This document shows, in pieces, positions 10,840 through 22,079 of a stretch of DNA of 48,896 nt. The notes beneath the pieces were generated by a model. It worked only from the letters and a program-made list of their open reading frames with translations, was not told where the DNA came from and made no database searches. The stretch comes from Asterionella formosa (taxonomy: Eukaryota), in contig NKIB01013984.1 in NCBI GenBank assembly GCA_002256025.1, forward strand, positions 1-48,896. Direction: 5' to 3'. How positions within the stretch are numbered: position 1 is the first letter of the stretch; each line of letters starts with the position of its first letter. The position numbers and the translations under genes were made by a program.

Positions 10840-11838
10840 ATGACCATGATTCGACAACGACCGCAAGCGCAACAAGCCCGTAACAAATCTCATCCAACAG
10901 CAGCAGTATCGACAGCAACAGCAATGAGTTCTTGTGGCTATAATAATTGGAATTCCAATGAAGATGGTGATCATATTGCCATTACCATTGCACCAACAAG
11001 TGCCAGTCCAAGTGCGCCTGGAACTGGAGCTGGAACTGCATCAACAGCACCAGCAATGACTTCTGCCACGATGAACGCATTCACGCTTCAAAGGCACACC
11101 AATTCCTACAATGACAACTATGAAGTAACAATGGCCATGTCGTCCTTTCCGTCTCATTTCATTGCACCGACTCCCCGACCGCCTCGGATGATTCCTGATA
11201 AGGACTATCGACATTATATATCCAGGACTAGCAAGTCTAACAATAAGGGAAGCTGCTGTACGTCACATGATGCTGCCAAGGCATGTTCGTATATAAGCTT
11301 TGTGGGAATGGTGTTTTTGTTCTGGATACATTTCATGATGGAACGACAACCGATTTTCATCAAAGGGATTGTACCGAAAAATATTGCCTATCCTTCACCA
11401 GATTATAAACATCAATTATTACCAGCATCGGAATCTGCGTAAGTCTTTGTTCGTGTGTGTGTGTGTGTGTGTGTGTATGTATTTATCGTTCTATATTTTC
11501 TCTGCTTGCCTACAACTCAATGGTTTCCTCATTCACACAACAACAACAACAACAATTTGTTATTATTCTCTAGTTTGTATGCTGCTTGGGCATACATGGT
11601 TACCTTTTGTTCTTGTTTGATATATACGTACAAAAATCACCAACGACAATACTATCGCGATATACCCGATACAGATAGTAGTACATTGCCCGTATTCCAT
11701 ACAACGACATTCAACGACAACCGTCAACCCTTTTTGAAAATGTCAGTACAACGCATACAGCGGGTTTTCTATTCAATAACTACTGCCACCAACAGGACGC
11801 CTAGAAAACGACGTGGAGTATGGAATAAAGATATGTAA
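10840..11838 (+). CDS. two-TM membrane protein resembling RNASEK / V-ATPase subunit f, 2 exons: 10840-11438 and 11574-11838
   Basis: The GTAAGT..TAG intron 11439-11573 joins two ORFs in frame. SCC...AKACSYISFVGMVFLFWI...PIFIKG and ESALYAAWAYMVTFCSCLIY match the RNASEK two-helix pattern by eye. Confidence 0.6.
11453..11476 (+). repeat. (GT)12 intronic microsatellite
   Basis: Read directly. The same intron also has a (CAA)n run near 11538-11555. Confidence 0.9.
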
Positions 11839-12036
11839 TAATTGTGTTGAAATCAATGTAATCCAATGAGAGGGAACGATAATCCAGGCAGCCAAGGAGG
11901 AAAGGACATGACAGAACTTGAGACTTTTTCAATTTCTTGGATAAAAAGCTAAACGCTTTTGAAAGGAGACAGAACGACTGCTACTACTCAGACAAAATTG
12001 AAAACATACGATTGATCAATAACAAATATTCACAAA

Positions 12037-14889
12037 TTACGATGCAGAGAATACTGATCCAGCAACACTAGCACTGTCATCTCCGACAAATTCGCCAAAT
12101 TGCCATATTCCTTCATATAAAATACCACCGTTCTTTGTATACTCAGTACCATGCCCATGTGGCCGATCATCCTTGTACTTTCCCTTATACATCCGTCCAT
12201 CTGAGTACACATGCAATCCAAGCCCATTTCGTTTGTCACGGGCGTAGTCTCCCTCATACTTGGCACCATAAGGCCACGTAAACACCCCACTCCCTTCACG
12301 AATTCCCCGCACGTAGAATCCGTCATAAATTCGACCATCACTATACACAAACACACCATGGCCATTTCGCTTACCATCTTCCCAAGGACCGGTATACAAG
12401 TCTCCATCAAACCAAACATACACACCCATTCCATGTCGTTGTCCACATTTCCATTCTCCTTCATAGACATCACCGTTGTCGACTCGGAGAATACCGTGAC
12501 CGTTGGGAAGATTCTCTTTATTCAACCAACCTGTATATTTGCCCTTTTGTTTGTCGTCCTGGTACTCGAATTCCGTCACGCGTCGGTTGCCTTTATCGTC
12601 GACGGACAAGAGGGGTGCAAGTCGCCGAGGATTGGGAAGTGCAAGTCTGGGCTGTTCAGAGTGAGAATCAATGGTTGTAGGTACAGCAGGGGTTAGGGAA
12701 GAGGATAAAATAGCCAGTTTTCGAAGCTGCTCTTCTATATTCTCGACTTTACTTTGAATTGTTGGGAATTCGGCAGATAGCTTTGTATATGTTTCAGCAG
12801 TTTCTACCAATTTTGCGTTTATATCATTGATTTCTTCTTCATGATTGGCTGATAATTCCATTTCCGCTCGTTGCATGGCATCAAGTTGCCCTTTGAATTT
12901 TGCGAGTTCGTCGACTCCTTTTTCACCGTTGGACAAGTTTACCAGCTTTTTGTTCTCTTCAATATAGTATTTGACTTGTTCTTGCAACTGAATCACTTTA
13001 TCTTGAAGGTTTGTTGTTTCCCATTCCATCGCTGCTCTGTCTGCAGAAACTTTCCCACCCCCATTCGTTATTTCGATTGTTAAATCATTAACTATATTTT
13101 GATGCTCACGTTCTCTACTCTTAAGTTTGGCTTCCAGCGCCAACACGTGATTGACGACCTTTCGAAATTCCTTGTCGCTTTTGGATGGCTCTTTGATGTC
13201 ACCGCTTCTCTCCCGTGCGCTGGCAGCATATTTCTTGTTTGACACTTCCAGTTCCCGGATTTCTCTCCGAAATTCATTTGCTACCTTCTCATGAGATTCA
13301 TGAATAGCATGAATGTCATCATCAAACCGAGCGATACGACCTTCTAGCGTGGCAATCAGGGCTAAATTCACATTTCTTTCTGTGTGAAGATTTTTAATTT
13401 GATCTTCATAGTGGCCCACCTCCTTGGCATGGGCCTCCTTCGATTCATCAGCTTCGACTCTGAGTTGTTCAAGCAGATGTGACTGGTCTTTACTTTGCAG
13501 CTCTTTGACTTTCTGGATCATTTTGTCAGAAACTCCATTATGAGTTTCCCTCATGTTATTCATTTCCTCTTCTAGTTCATTGATGATTTTCTTTAGATAA
13601 TGATCAGAAGCAGCGTTCGCATCCTGTAAAGCCACAATATCGTTTTCTAACTGCTGTACGTGCGCTTGCAGTTCCACATTATGATTCTCAAGTTGTTCGT
13701 TTTGTCGCTTAGATTGTGACACCATTTCTTGGAGATTTCTAGCTTCTGTGTTCGTCACCGTTTCGTTCTCTAGAAGGCGCTTCGCATGTTCGAACTGGTC
13801 TTGTTCCATCTGTTGTTTACGCTCGATCACTTCGACCTCATATTTCTCGGATGATTCTGCCAACCTCATTTCCAATTCTTCAAGTGCTAACGAGCTTTCC
13901 ATTTGAATTTTCTCTAAGCGAGTTTCGTAATCTGCTTGCGCGTTCTCCATAGATTCTATTTGACTATTAAGATGGAATCGTTGACTCTCGTACTCCTTGT
14001 GTTGTTGATCGATTTGCAGTTTATGCGACGCTTCAAGTGCCCGCATTTCTTGGTCGTGGCTTTCTTTGAGAAGTTTGACATCCATCGTTTGATCCTGCTC
14101 CATCAAATGGGAGTTGTTCGACAGTTCGAGTTGACGATGAAGTGATTCAATTTGGCCTTCGTACCGTTCCTGCAACTCCTTGATACTCGCTTTGTGTTTT
14201 TCCTGCACTTTCGAAATCTGATGAACCGTACTGGTTTCTAGCTTGGAGCACATTTGCTGCTGTTCCAACAGCTGCTGCTGTGCACTCAGTAGCTCTGCCC
14301 GCAGGCTGGAAGTAGTAGTAGCAGTATCCGATGTGTCGTCCAGCACCCCTCTTGACGATTCAGGACTCGTCTCTCCTGCCGCCTCCTGCTTCTTCATAAT
14401 TTTCCATTCCTGTTCTTTGGCTGCCCATTCTCCTTGCAGCTGAATGTACTTGCTTTGTGTGAATTGCAATTGTTCCTCCTTTTCTTGCAGTTCCCTTTTT
14501 GCTTTTCGTTTACTTCCTCCGTGTTCCCTCTGTTCCTTTTGCAAGCGCTCTTGCCACTCTCTCACTTCTTCTTCTAGTTCCATCACTATATCTTCAGTAC
14601 TGGTGGTGGCAGCTGCTGCACTTTGAGACGTCCGAATAGTGGAGTCACGCAAATACTTCTTGCGTTCGGCCTTGAACAATTGTCGATCCAACTCCAAACA
14701 TTCTTCTTGGAGTGAAAGTTTCTTTCGAGTCGTTGCTATTTGATGCCAAGCAATACAAATGCTACATGTTGGATCTCCAATGACTCCTTTGGTAGCCTTG
14801 GTAGTAGTAGATGAGCCATGATGATGAGGACAACATGGAAAGGAATGAGACGACGAGACGGACATTTTGGAAAAATGGCATGCCTTCAC
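12037..14889 (-). CDS. long coiled-coil protein with C-terminal MORN repeats
   Basis: 950-aa open frame with an E/Q/K/L-rich heptad region. The C-terminus repeats the Y.G.W..G.(R/P)(H/N)G.G pattern (YTGWLNKENLPNGHG, YEGEWKCGQRHGMG, YTGPWEDGKRNGHG). Confidence 0.9.
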   Translation of the reverse strand: MKACHFSKMSVSSSHSFPCCPHHHGSSTTTKATKGVIGDPTCSICIAWHQIATTRKKLSLQEECLELDRQLFKAERKKYLRDSTIRTSQSAAAATTSTEDIVMELEEEVREWQERLQKEQREHGGSKRKAKRELQEKEEQLQFTQSKYIQLQGEWAAKEQEWKIMKKQEAAGETSPESSRGVLDDTSDTATTTSSLRAELLSAQQQLLEQQQMCSKLETSTVHQISKVQEKHKASIKELQERYEGQIESLHRQLELSNNSHLMEQDQTMDVKLLKESHDQEMRALEASHKLQIDQQHKEYESQRFHLNSQIESMENAQADYETRLEKIQMESSLALEELEMRLAESSEKYEVEVIERKQQMEQDQFEHAKRLLENETVTNTEARNLQEMVSQSKRQNEQLENHNVELQAHVQQLENDIVALQDANAASDHYLKKIINELEEEMNNMRETHNGVSDKMIQKVKELQSKDQSHLLEQLRVEADESKEAHAKEVGHYEDQIKNLHTERNVNLALIATLEGRIARFDDDIHAIHESHEKVANEFRREIRELEVSNKKYAASARERSGDIKEPSKSDKEFRKVVNHVLALEAKLKSREREHQNIVNDLTIEITNGGGKVSADRAAMEWETTNLQDKVIQLQEQVKYYIEENKKLVNLSNGEKGVDELAKFKGQLDAMQRAEMELSANHEEEINDINAKLVETAETYTKLSAEFPTIQSKVENIEEQLRKLAILSSSLTPAVPTTIDSHSEQPRLALPNPRRLAPLLSVDDKGNRRVTEFEYQDDKQKGKYTGWLNKENLPNGHGILRVDNGDVYEGEWKCGQRHGMGVYVWFDGDLYTGPWEDGKRNGHGVFVYSDGRIYDGFYVRGIREGSGVFTWPYGAKYEGDYARDKRNGLGLHVYSDGRMYKGKYKDDRPHGHGTEYTKNGGILYEGIWQFGEFVGDDSASVAGSVFSAS

Positions 14890-15395
14890 AGAATGTTAAT
14901 ATATAATTTTATGTCAAAATACATACTATATCGTACACTCTTTACTTATAAACGTCGGTATTTTACATACCGGTGCCATGATTGCTCGAGCAATTTTCTT
15001 GATCGTGTGGTTTGGTTGATCTACCGGTACTGAATACTATATACTACAAGGTAAAGTATATCATTGTTGTAAGGATGGTCTAAGAACATACTGGGTATTT
15101 TGTTTACAAATGCCCATTTTATTTTGAAGTTTACTGGTACCAGGTACCAGGTACTGTGCATGGAGTTTGTCAACCGATGGTACCAGTACCAAGTACCAGC
15201 TACGTAGCACCTACATACCGGTAGGTATGAAGTGAGGAAATACTGTACTATATACAGTACAGGAAAAAATATACTGTAAAAATATGTCCGGTAAGCACAC
15301 CGGTACCTGAGGAAGGGCTGGTAATCGAGATACGTCGTGATTTAGCGGACCATCTATCTGGTATACCAGTACCTGGTACTGAAGGTACCGGTAAT

Positions 15396-15482
15396 ACACG
15401 ACCGAGGGTGGAGACTGCCTGCGAGTATTCTTATGTTCGAGGCTTAGGAGGCGCGAGTAGGTTGACCGAACGAGTGGCGCCC
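15396..15482 (+). repeat. GC-rich dispersed repeat, copy 2, with a short internal insertion
   Basis: Matches the reverse complement of 2409-2477 except for an extra tattcttatgtt flanked by duplicated cgag and a few small differences. Confidence 0.85.
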
Positions 15483-17582
15483 TTTACCTAGGCAATTCAC
15501 AAACTAGCTATCCGCGCGCTTTTCGCCACTACATTGCCCTTTCAATTAGCATTGAAAACCTATTTTAAATAGTTTGTATGTTGGATGCGAACTAGCCAAT
15601 TACCCTTCACATAAAACATATTTTGTATATTTCATATGTACAGTTTTTGGATTACTCAATCCTGCAATTGCCCATCATATGAAACATATTTTATATATTT
15701 CATATGCTCCGTTTTTCGATTGCCGAACTACCTTCAATATTTTCAATAGCCCATAGATTTCATTCCCGAAATCGACTACCGTTTATTTAGGGGAATTTGA
15801 TTACTGATATCTAAAGCCCCTCAATTGATTACCGTTTACTTAAGGAAAATCGACTGCCGAAATTGGACGAGAGTAGAAGGAGCTACATGAATGCACGAAA
15901 TGATGGTTTTCTTTAAAGTGTCAATGGCAATTCCACTGTTTACATCCCTGCTATCTTCCAGCATGCTCCAATGTATACAAAATCTGGTCATTGATGTCTC
16001 AAGTACTGACTCTTCACCAAATGGATCTGGCTGGTTGTTGGATAATTCAATTTCTTGTGGGATTCATATCGTTGCATCATGCTTGCTTTGTCACAGTGGT
16101 GCCAAAATTTCGGTTACCCTTTCTGTTGATTTCCGATAGCCTTTCCGGTCAACTCCTTCGCTAGATTTTATATGTAGTGATAAATAAATTAATGATTGTT
16201 CAAAAGCGACATCCATAAGTCATTGAGTATCAAAACTCAAAACGTTATGGTAGGTCAAAGTTAGGCTTCCATCTCGTCATTGAACCGGTATTTTCGTCAG
16301 ATATGGTCAGCCGTTAAATTTTTACTTTAATTTTGTAGTATTTTCTCTACGTGTCCTACACTATCTCAAATCAGATCTTGGCAGCAAGTTTTAGTGCCCA
16401 CGTGTTGGCTTTTTTCCGCTGCCCTAAAATAGCATTGTTTCATTGCTTTCTAATCACAATGTTACTTTTGTTACTTCTGCATAATCTTCTACAATGACAA
16501 ACGAAAAGTCGTCAATCTCAATGAGCTATCGCATACTCCCCAAAGCAGCCGGAACATGATGGAACCGGTGTTCTGCATTAACTCATATTCAACAAGGAAG
16601 AGAGGACAGGTATTTGCTTGTTGGCTGATTGTTGTTGTCATATTTGAGTTCCCGCCATGGTCGAGTATACTAATTATGAAACGTATTTCTTTCTCTTCAG
16701 AACGTTGATAAAGGCTATTATCATGTTACTCCTCCACTTCCTGACGATGCAACAAATCAGTATCCACTGGTCAAACCAGCTTGTCCAATGAGGTGAAATA
16801 TGTTGCCAGTTGATTTTTTTACGAGGTATAATTTACAAACACTGCCTAACATTATTCTTTTTCTGTTTCCCAATGCTAGCAAGCCACTTTTATCAAAACT
16901 TTCACGAAGATTGTAAAGTCTCCAGGTCGCAAACAATGTGGGCAACATATCTCGCCAGCCAGCACCAAGAACATATCACTCCATTGCTCCCTATCAACCT
17001 AATCAAAACTGTCATCCTCAATTTTCCAATTCACAAACGTCCACATCGGCCAGAAATTTTTCGACGCATCTTGCTCCTCCTCCTGCCGGATACTGCCAGA
17101 ATTCTGCACCGCAAGCACCAAGAAAACTCCGCTATCAATCTGTTGCTCCTCCAACACCTCCGCAACCACAAGTCCAAATCAATTCATAAACCAGCATTGC
17201 CTCTTAATCCATGAAGTTCTGCTCCTCCAGGCTTGATCTGAAAAATTTTGAAATTTCGTTGCAACGACAAAAAAGTGTGAGTGGACAATTGTTAATGAAT
17301 ATGCGTTGACAAAATTTCACACGATTTTTCCGCTGACCCATTTTCTTTTTCACTTTTTACCCTATTCCCAGCTTGTCATTTTCACGTCTTACCTTTCGAT
17401 TTCCGTTTCATACTTTGGTTGCTTAACAACATCATGTCGATTTTTCGATGCTTGTTACAATTATTCTTGTGTGACTATTTTTCATGCATATACCGGTGAT
17501 AAAATATATGGAATCCAACGAATCGAGAATCAATATTCTTAGTAGTAGTGATTAGAAACCAAGACCCAAAACATTTCGACAT

Positions 17583-17714
17583 TTATTGACAAATGACTGG
17601 AAATGTTACTTATTGACAAGTGAATCAGATGCTCACTTATTGTCAAAAGAATAAGTGCTGTTCACTTATTGTTGTCAAATGAATATGCTTACTTATTGTC
17701 AAAGCAAGTAAGCA
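17583..17714. repeat. degenerate array of (AC)TTATTG(A/T)CAA motifs with local hairpins
   Basis: Five related words spaced ~25-30 bp apart. CACTTATT..AATAAGTG and TGCTTACTT..AAGTAAGCA form inverted pairs. Confidence 0.6.
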
Positions 17715-18326
17715 AGATCATTCTTGACGAGATCAAGGAAAGTGTGAGAAGTCTTGTTTGGGATTACATGAGTAATCAGGCAAGAACAAGACCTAGATAG
17801 ACTATTAACAGAAAGCTCACAATATTACAAAGTGTAAAGTGAACATACGTTTTCAGCTTTAGAGATCTTAAAAGTAAGATCTGTGATATTTCAACTAGAC
17901 AATTTAACATACCGGTACCGGTATAATCGGTGGTCCATGCATTTTTGATGTGTCTAAACGTTTTCCCATGAAAATTCTACTCCTGACGTTGCTCAATGGT
18001 CCCTGCTGCTCAAACCTAAAATTGACTGCCGAAAAATCCAATGTGCCCCATATTGCCCCTAAATAAAAAAAATTACTTAAATGGTACCAAAAATTACTTA
18101 GACACCCACAGTTCTCATCGAAAAGCAAGACGATAGCTAGGGTGGGGATTGCCTCATGTTGCTTGAACCAGCATAACCGACCCGGAAATGATGACATCTT
18201 GACAGCTGCTTCCGGTAAATAAATAACATCACTCATATATTGGTATCGGTATTATGTACTGGTAGGCTGAATGTTCCGTGAAAAAGCAAACTTGACAACG
18301 AGGACCAACATTCTGGATCTACCGGT

Positions 18327-20103
18327 ATGGTCCACAGCACCATGATGAGGAGACGACACCATCAAGTGTCATTGCTTGTCCTCGTTCTCTTGCAAGTACC
18401 CTCCTGCCATGGACTCCGACCAACAACAGCACTAACCAGCTCTCCGCTGCCACGACTGACGCACCTTTCGTCGGTATCGTCCAAACAAATCGCCGCCTTG
18501 GACGGAGCAGAATGGGCATCCGTGCAGGAGTATTGCGGATCTCCCAACTACTCGTCACCGTGTGGGACCATGACGGTGGTGGCTGGGAAGACGTCGGAAG
18601 GGATAAGAGTTGTGGGTGTGCAACAAGTGGGATTGGAAGAAGGTGGAGTTGTCCTGTCGGACCAAGTCAGATTGTTTCCACAATCAGTAGCCAAAATCCC
18701 ATCGCATGTGACTGATAAAGAGGCCATGGCCACGCTGCAAGTGTCGTTGGCGGGGGTGCATTGTGTATTGCCGAGAATGAAAATTGGAGGTAGTCAAGAT
18801 GAGGGATTTGTGAGCGGGAAGGTACGTAGTTTTGCTCCTGCCCAGTAAGAATGGGTAGCAAGACAAGAATGGAGCTCATCGGTATTTTCAATACTAATTC
18901 GAATGTTACAGGTGGTCATTATGGGAGGGAGTGACTATGCGTGCTTTTGTGCTCGAGGTTTGGTGGCGTTGGGTGCAAAAGTTCATATGGTGTCCACTGG
19001 TACCCCCAAAGTCCCCAGCACCGTGGATTGCATGCCACCTGGGACGGACGACCTAGGATTCGCCCAAGTATTGGCTACCTTTGATGTATTATTAGACACC
19101 CTGTCGGACGAAGCTAGACTAGGAGAATCATCCATCGGAGATGACAACATTATGATACGAAGTGGCAGTGGAGTCGTGCAGCTATTGAGCAAGCGGCACT
19201 TGTGCCATCGGTGAGTTCAGGACACATTGTGTACATGAAGTATGAAAGTCGTTTGCTATTATACTAGCCATGCCATGGAACATCTCTCACCCATACTCTC
19301 TCTATCATAGTTATGTCTCCACGATGACAGCCTCGCAGCGAATCGTTCGAGATAACGGAGTATTCTTTGGACCCAAAAAAGCTCAAGAACAGCTGGAAAT
19401 GATGGTGCAGAAAGCAACACCAATTGTTCCACCTTTAGACTTTGGAACTACTGTGGAACGCTTGCTTGAAAAAAATATTATTTTTGATTTAAAATACAAA
19501 GGAAACGAAGCAGTACGAACATGGAACTTACCAGACTTTTGGGAGCTTGCGTCATGGCCTCGTGATTCGAGTGGAGGAGCCAATGTACGATTCGGATTGC
19601 CCGTCATTGATGACCTTGGTTTGGATCTCTTGCAAGAAGCCATGGACAAACAGGAACAAGTTGAATTCAGGGAGGCACAGAAACCAGAAGAAATTAATCC
19701 ATTTGTAACTCCCATTGTTGGTGTGGAGGGAATGCAGCAAATCATTGTAGATGCCGGACAAACCTGCCTCTTGTTCTTGTCGGCTCCCTTTTGTCGGACC
19801 TGCAAGTCATTGGCACCAGCATATACTCGCATGGCTCGGTTGCAAGGAAATGACAGTCTCATCTTTGCCAAGGCAGATACATCAGGCAAGACTGGAAAGG
19901 CGTTAGGCAAGGCATTAGAAATTGATGCTGTTCCTGCCTTTGTGCTCTTTCGGAATGGTCAACGCTTTGGCACACCATTGAGTGTTACGAGAATTCCTTC
20001 CCAAAAGCTGAATCTCGCAGTAGAGATGCTCACGTCAGGAAAAGAATGGGACAGTGCTGTATTTCAAGGATTGGAGGAAGAGGAAGAAAAACCCAAAAAC
20101 TAA
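18327..20103 (+). CDS. leader-bearing protein with a degenerate MDR/Rossmann-like region and C-terminal thioredoxin domain; 3 exons: 18327-18821, 18912-19210, 19311-20103
   Basis: GT-AG introns 18822-18911 and 19211-19310 join three ORFs in frame (~528 aa). Trx fold: LLFLSAPFCRTCK...FAKAD...IDAVPAFVLFRNG. MDR-like segments: VAKIPSHVTDKEA, KVVIMGGS, ALGAKV, FDVLLDTL. Start may be 18327 or 18342. Confidence 0.85.
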
Positions 20104-20416
20104 GTTGTATAGTAGTATGACATCGAGAAAATCGATGGGAAAAATTGTACATGGGTGACGAACGTCTGTAAAAGTTATCTTCTCATTTGCCATCTATTCT
20201 GTAGACTATGAATAGCAGAATGTAACACTAGCAAATATTAGTCTACGAGCAATCTCGGGCAGGCCCTAACCTAATAATAGCCTTCGTGAACCTCCTAAAA
20301 TTGGATCCATGGTAAGCGAGGGCTGGGGTCATACTCGTTGTCCATGGTTAGCCCAAGTTAGCAGAGTCCATATCAGTCATTGAGGTTCCGGTTGAGATCT
20401 CCAAAGAGTGTTTCGC

Positions 20417-20626
20417 TCACAATTCTTTTCCAGAATAAAACCATAGTCCAGAGGCTCCCAGGATCGCCAAGGGAACACCCACAACGGACAGGAAGATAGT
20501 TTCGGCCAGCGTTGCGTTCTTGTTATCCATACCAGCACTTCGAAGATGATACACACTGGAGAAGGAACACTGAACTGCGCGCTTTTGAAGCATACGGGCG
20601 GCTGTTGACGATGAGGGAGGCATCAT
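20417..20626 (-). CDS. hypothetical 69-aa single-pass membrane protein
   Basis: Ser/Arg-rich N-terminus with no acidic residues, then a hydrophobic C-terminal helix (IFLSVVGVPLAILGASGLWFY). No family recognised. Confidence 0.45.
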   Translation of the reverse strand: MMPPSSSTAARMLQKRAVQCSFSSVYHLRSAGMDNKNATLAETIFLSVVGVPLAILGASGLWFYSGKEL

Positions 20627-20705
20627 AGTGTTTGGGCTAATAATGTAAACTACGACCGGTAATATATTTGGAAACAAATGATATTTCGACCCCCTAAAAC
20701 ACCAT

Positions 20706-20773
20706 CCCAAACCCCTATCCCTATGTACTACGGAGTAGCATCTGAAGATAAGGGTCAGGGGTTAGGGTTAGGG
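20706..20773. repeat. telomere-like imperfect inverted repeat with a G-quadruplex-type motif
   Basis: cccaaacccctatccctat (20706-20724) lies opposite ataagggtcaggggttagggttaggg. Four G-tracts fall at 20752-20773. Confidence 0.6.
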
Positions 20774-22079
20774 CGACGAAATATCATTTTCCTCTTTTTG
20801 CTTGATATCTTGATGTACCGGTAGTCTCTATCTTCAAAATGATTACTACTGGTACCTGGTACCGATGTTGCGTTTCGTCTATCATATTCAGTACACTCCT
20901 GGGAGACGCGGGAAACTCCGAAATTCCTCAGTATGTGGAAAATCCCTTAGGTGTATGGTGTACATCCCTCGCTGTATAGTTTCGAAATATCATTCGAAAA
21001 TTCTAGTCGCGCGCTCTTCATTGAAGTTCGCGTTCTTTTGCGAAGTTCGCGAAGCTCTTGAAAGTACGCGCGACTTTCATTTCGTCCAAGCGAGTTTGAG
21101 CTCTGCTGTGGCATTAAACATACTGGGGCAATACGAAGATCGGTTCCAATAGACGGCAAGATATGGTACCTGTGGAGCGACGATATATATATCGGTGTAC
21201 ATAGACCAGTACCTGGTTTTAAGAATTCGAAACGGTCGGGGTCATTTCTGCAATGAACAAGTCCTCGACACAAATACGAATACGGAAGACCTCTTGCTAG
21301 CGTTCTTTGCCCGGCAAGTGATTTGAAAAAATAATTATGGCCCTGTCATTGTTCCTAAACTACAGATCGATTCGGTTTATTATACCAGGTACTGGTACCG
21401 GGCGGTATATCATACAGAACATTCTTACCGGTGCTTTGTTAAATACAGTATTCAGGGGGCTTGATTTTCTACTGCGGTATAATTCCCGGTACCAGGGTGG
21501 GTACCTGGTATGCTGTAGACTAACAATCATAGTCATACATACATATCATTCAGAGTTCACTGTTCATACTGGTACCAGGGGGGGTACCGGTAGTACAGAA
21601 TATGGCTGGTTACTACATAAAGAATACCGTTGATTCGGGTGTCAAAGAAGGTCTGCTAATCGAGATATTTAGTTTAACCTCTGTTTAAGTTTAAAACGTG
21701 ATTTACCGGACGACCTTCCACTGGTACATATATACCAGGACGAGTATTGTCTGCACAAGATACAGGTTACATAAAATCAACGAAATACAAAAACAATTTT
21801 TTTGTTTTAATTGCTGTCTTTTTCCGCTGATATCGAGCACAGCATTTTGATCATTTGTTCACTTCCATTCAGCCGCTCTGTTTCTGTTTATTGACGATAT
21901 AACGACGCCAACAGACGTCATTCGCATTGAATTTTAGGACGCACAAGTATAGACGACACAGCACTTCAAAGGTGACTGTATCAATCAACAACAAAGACAA
22001 TTTACATCACAAGCGCCTTTCTGAATATTTCATTGTTGGAAACAATTTGACCAGCACGTCTCATTTTCTCAAACTCAAC

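Noticed and set aside
20900..21300. RNase P/MRP RNA candidate (GGGAAACTCCG resembles CR-I)
   Set aside because: No convincing CR-V partner to form the P4 helix.
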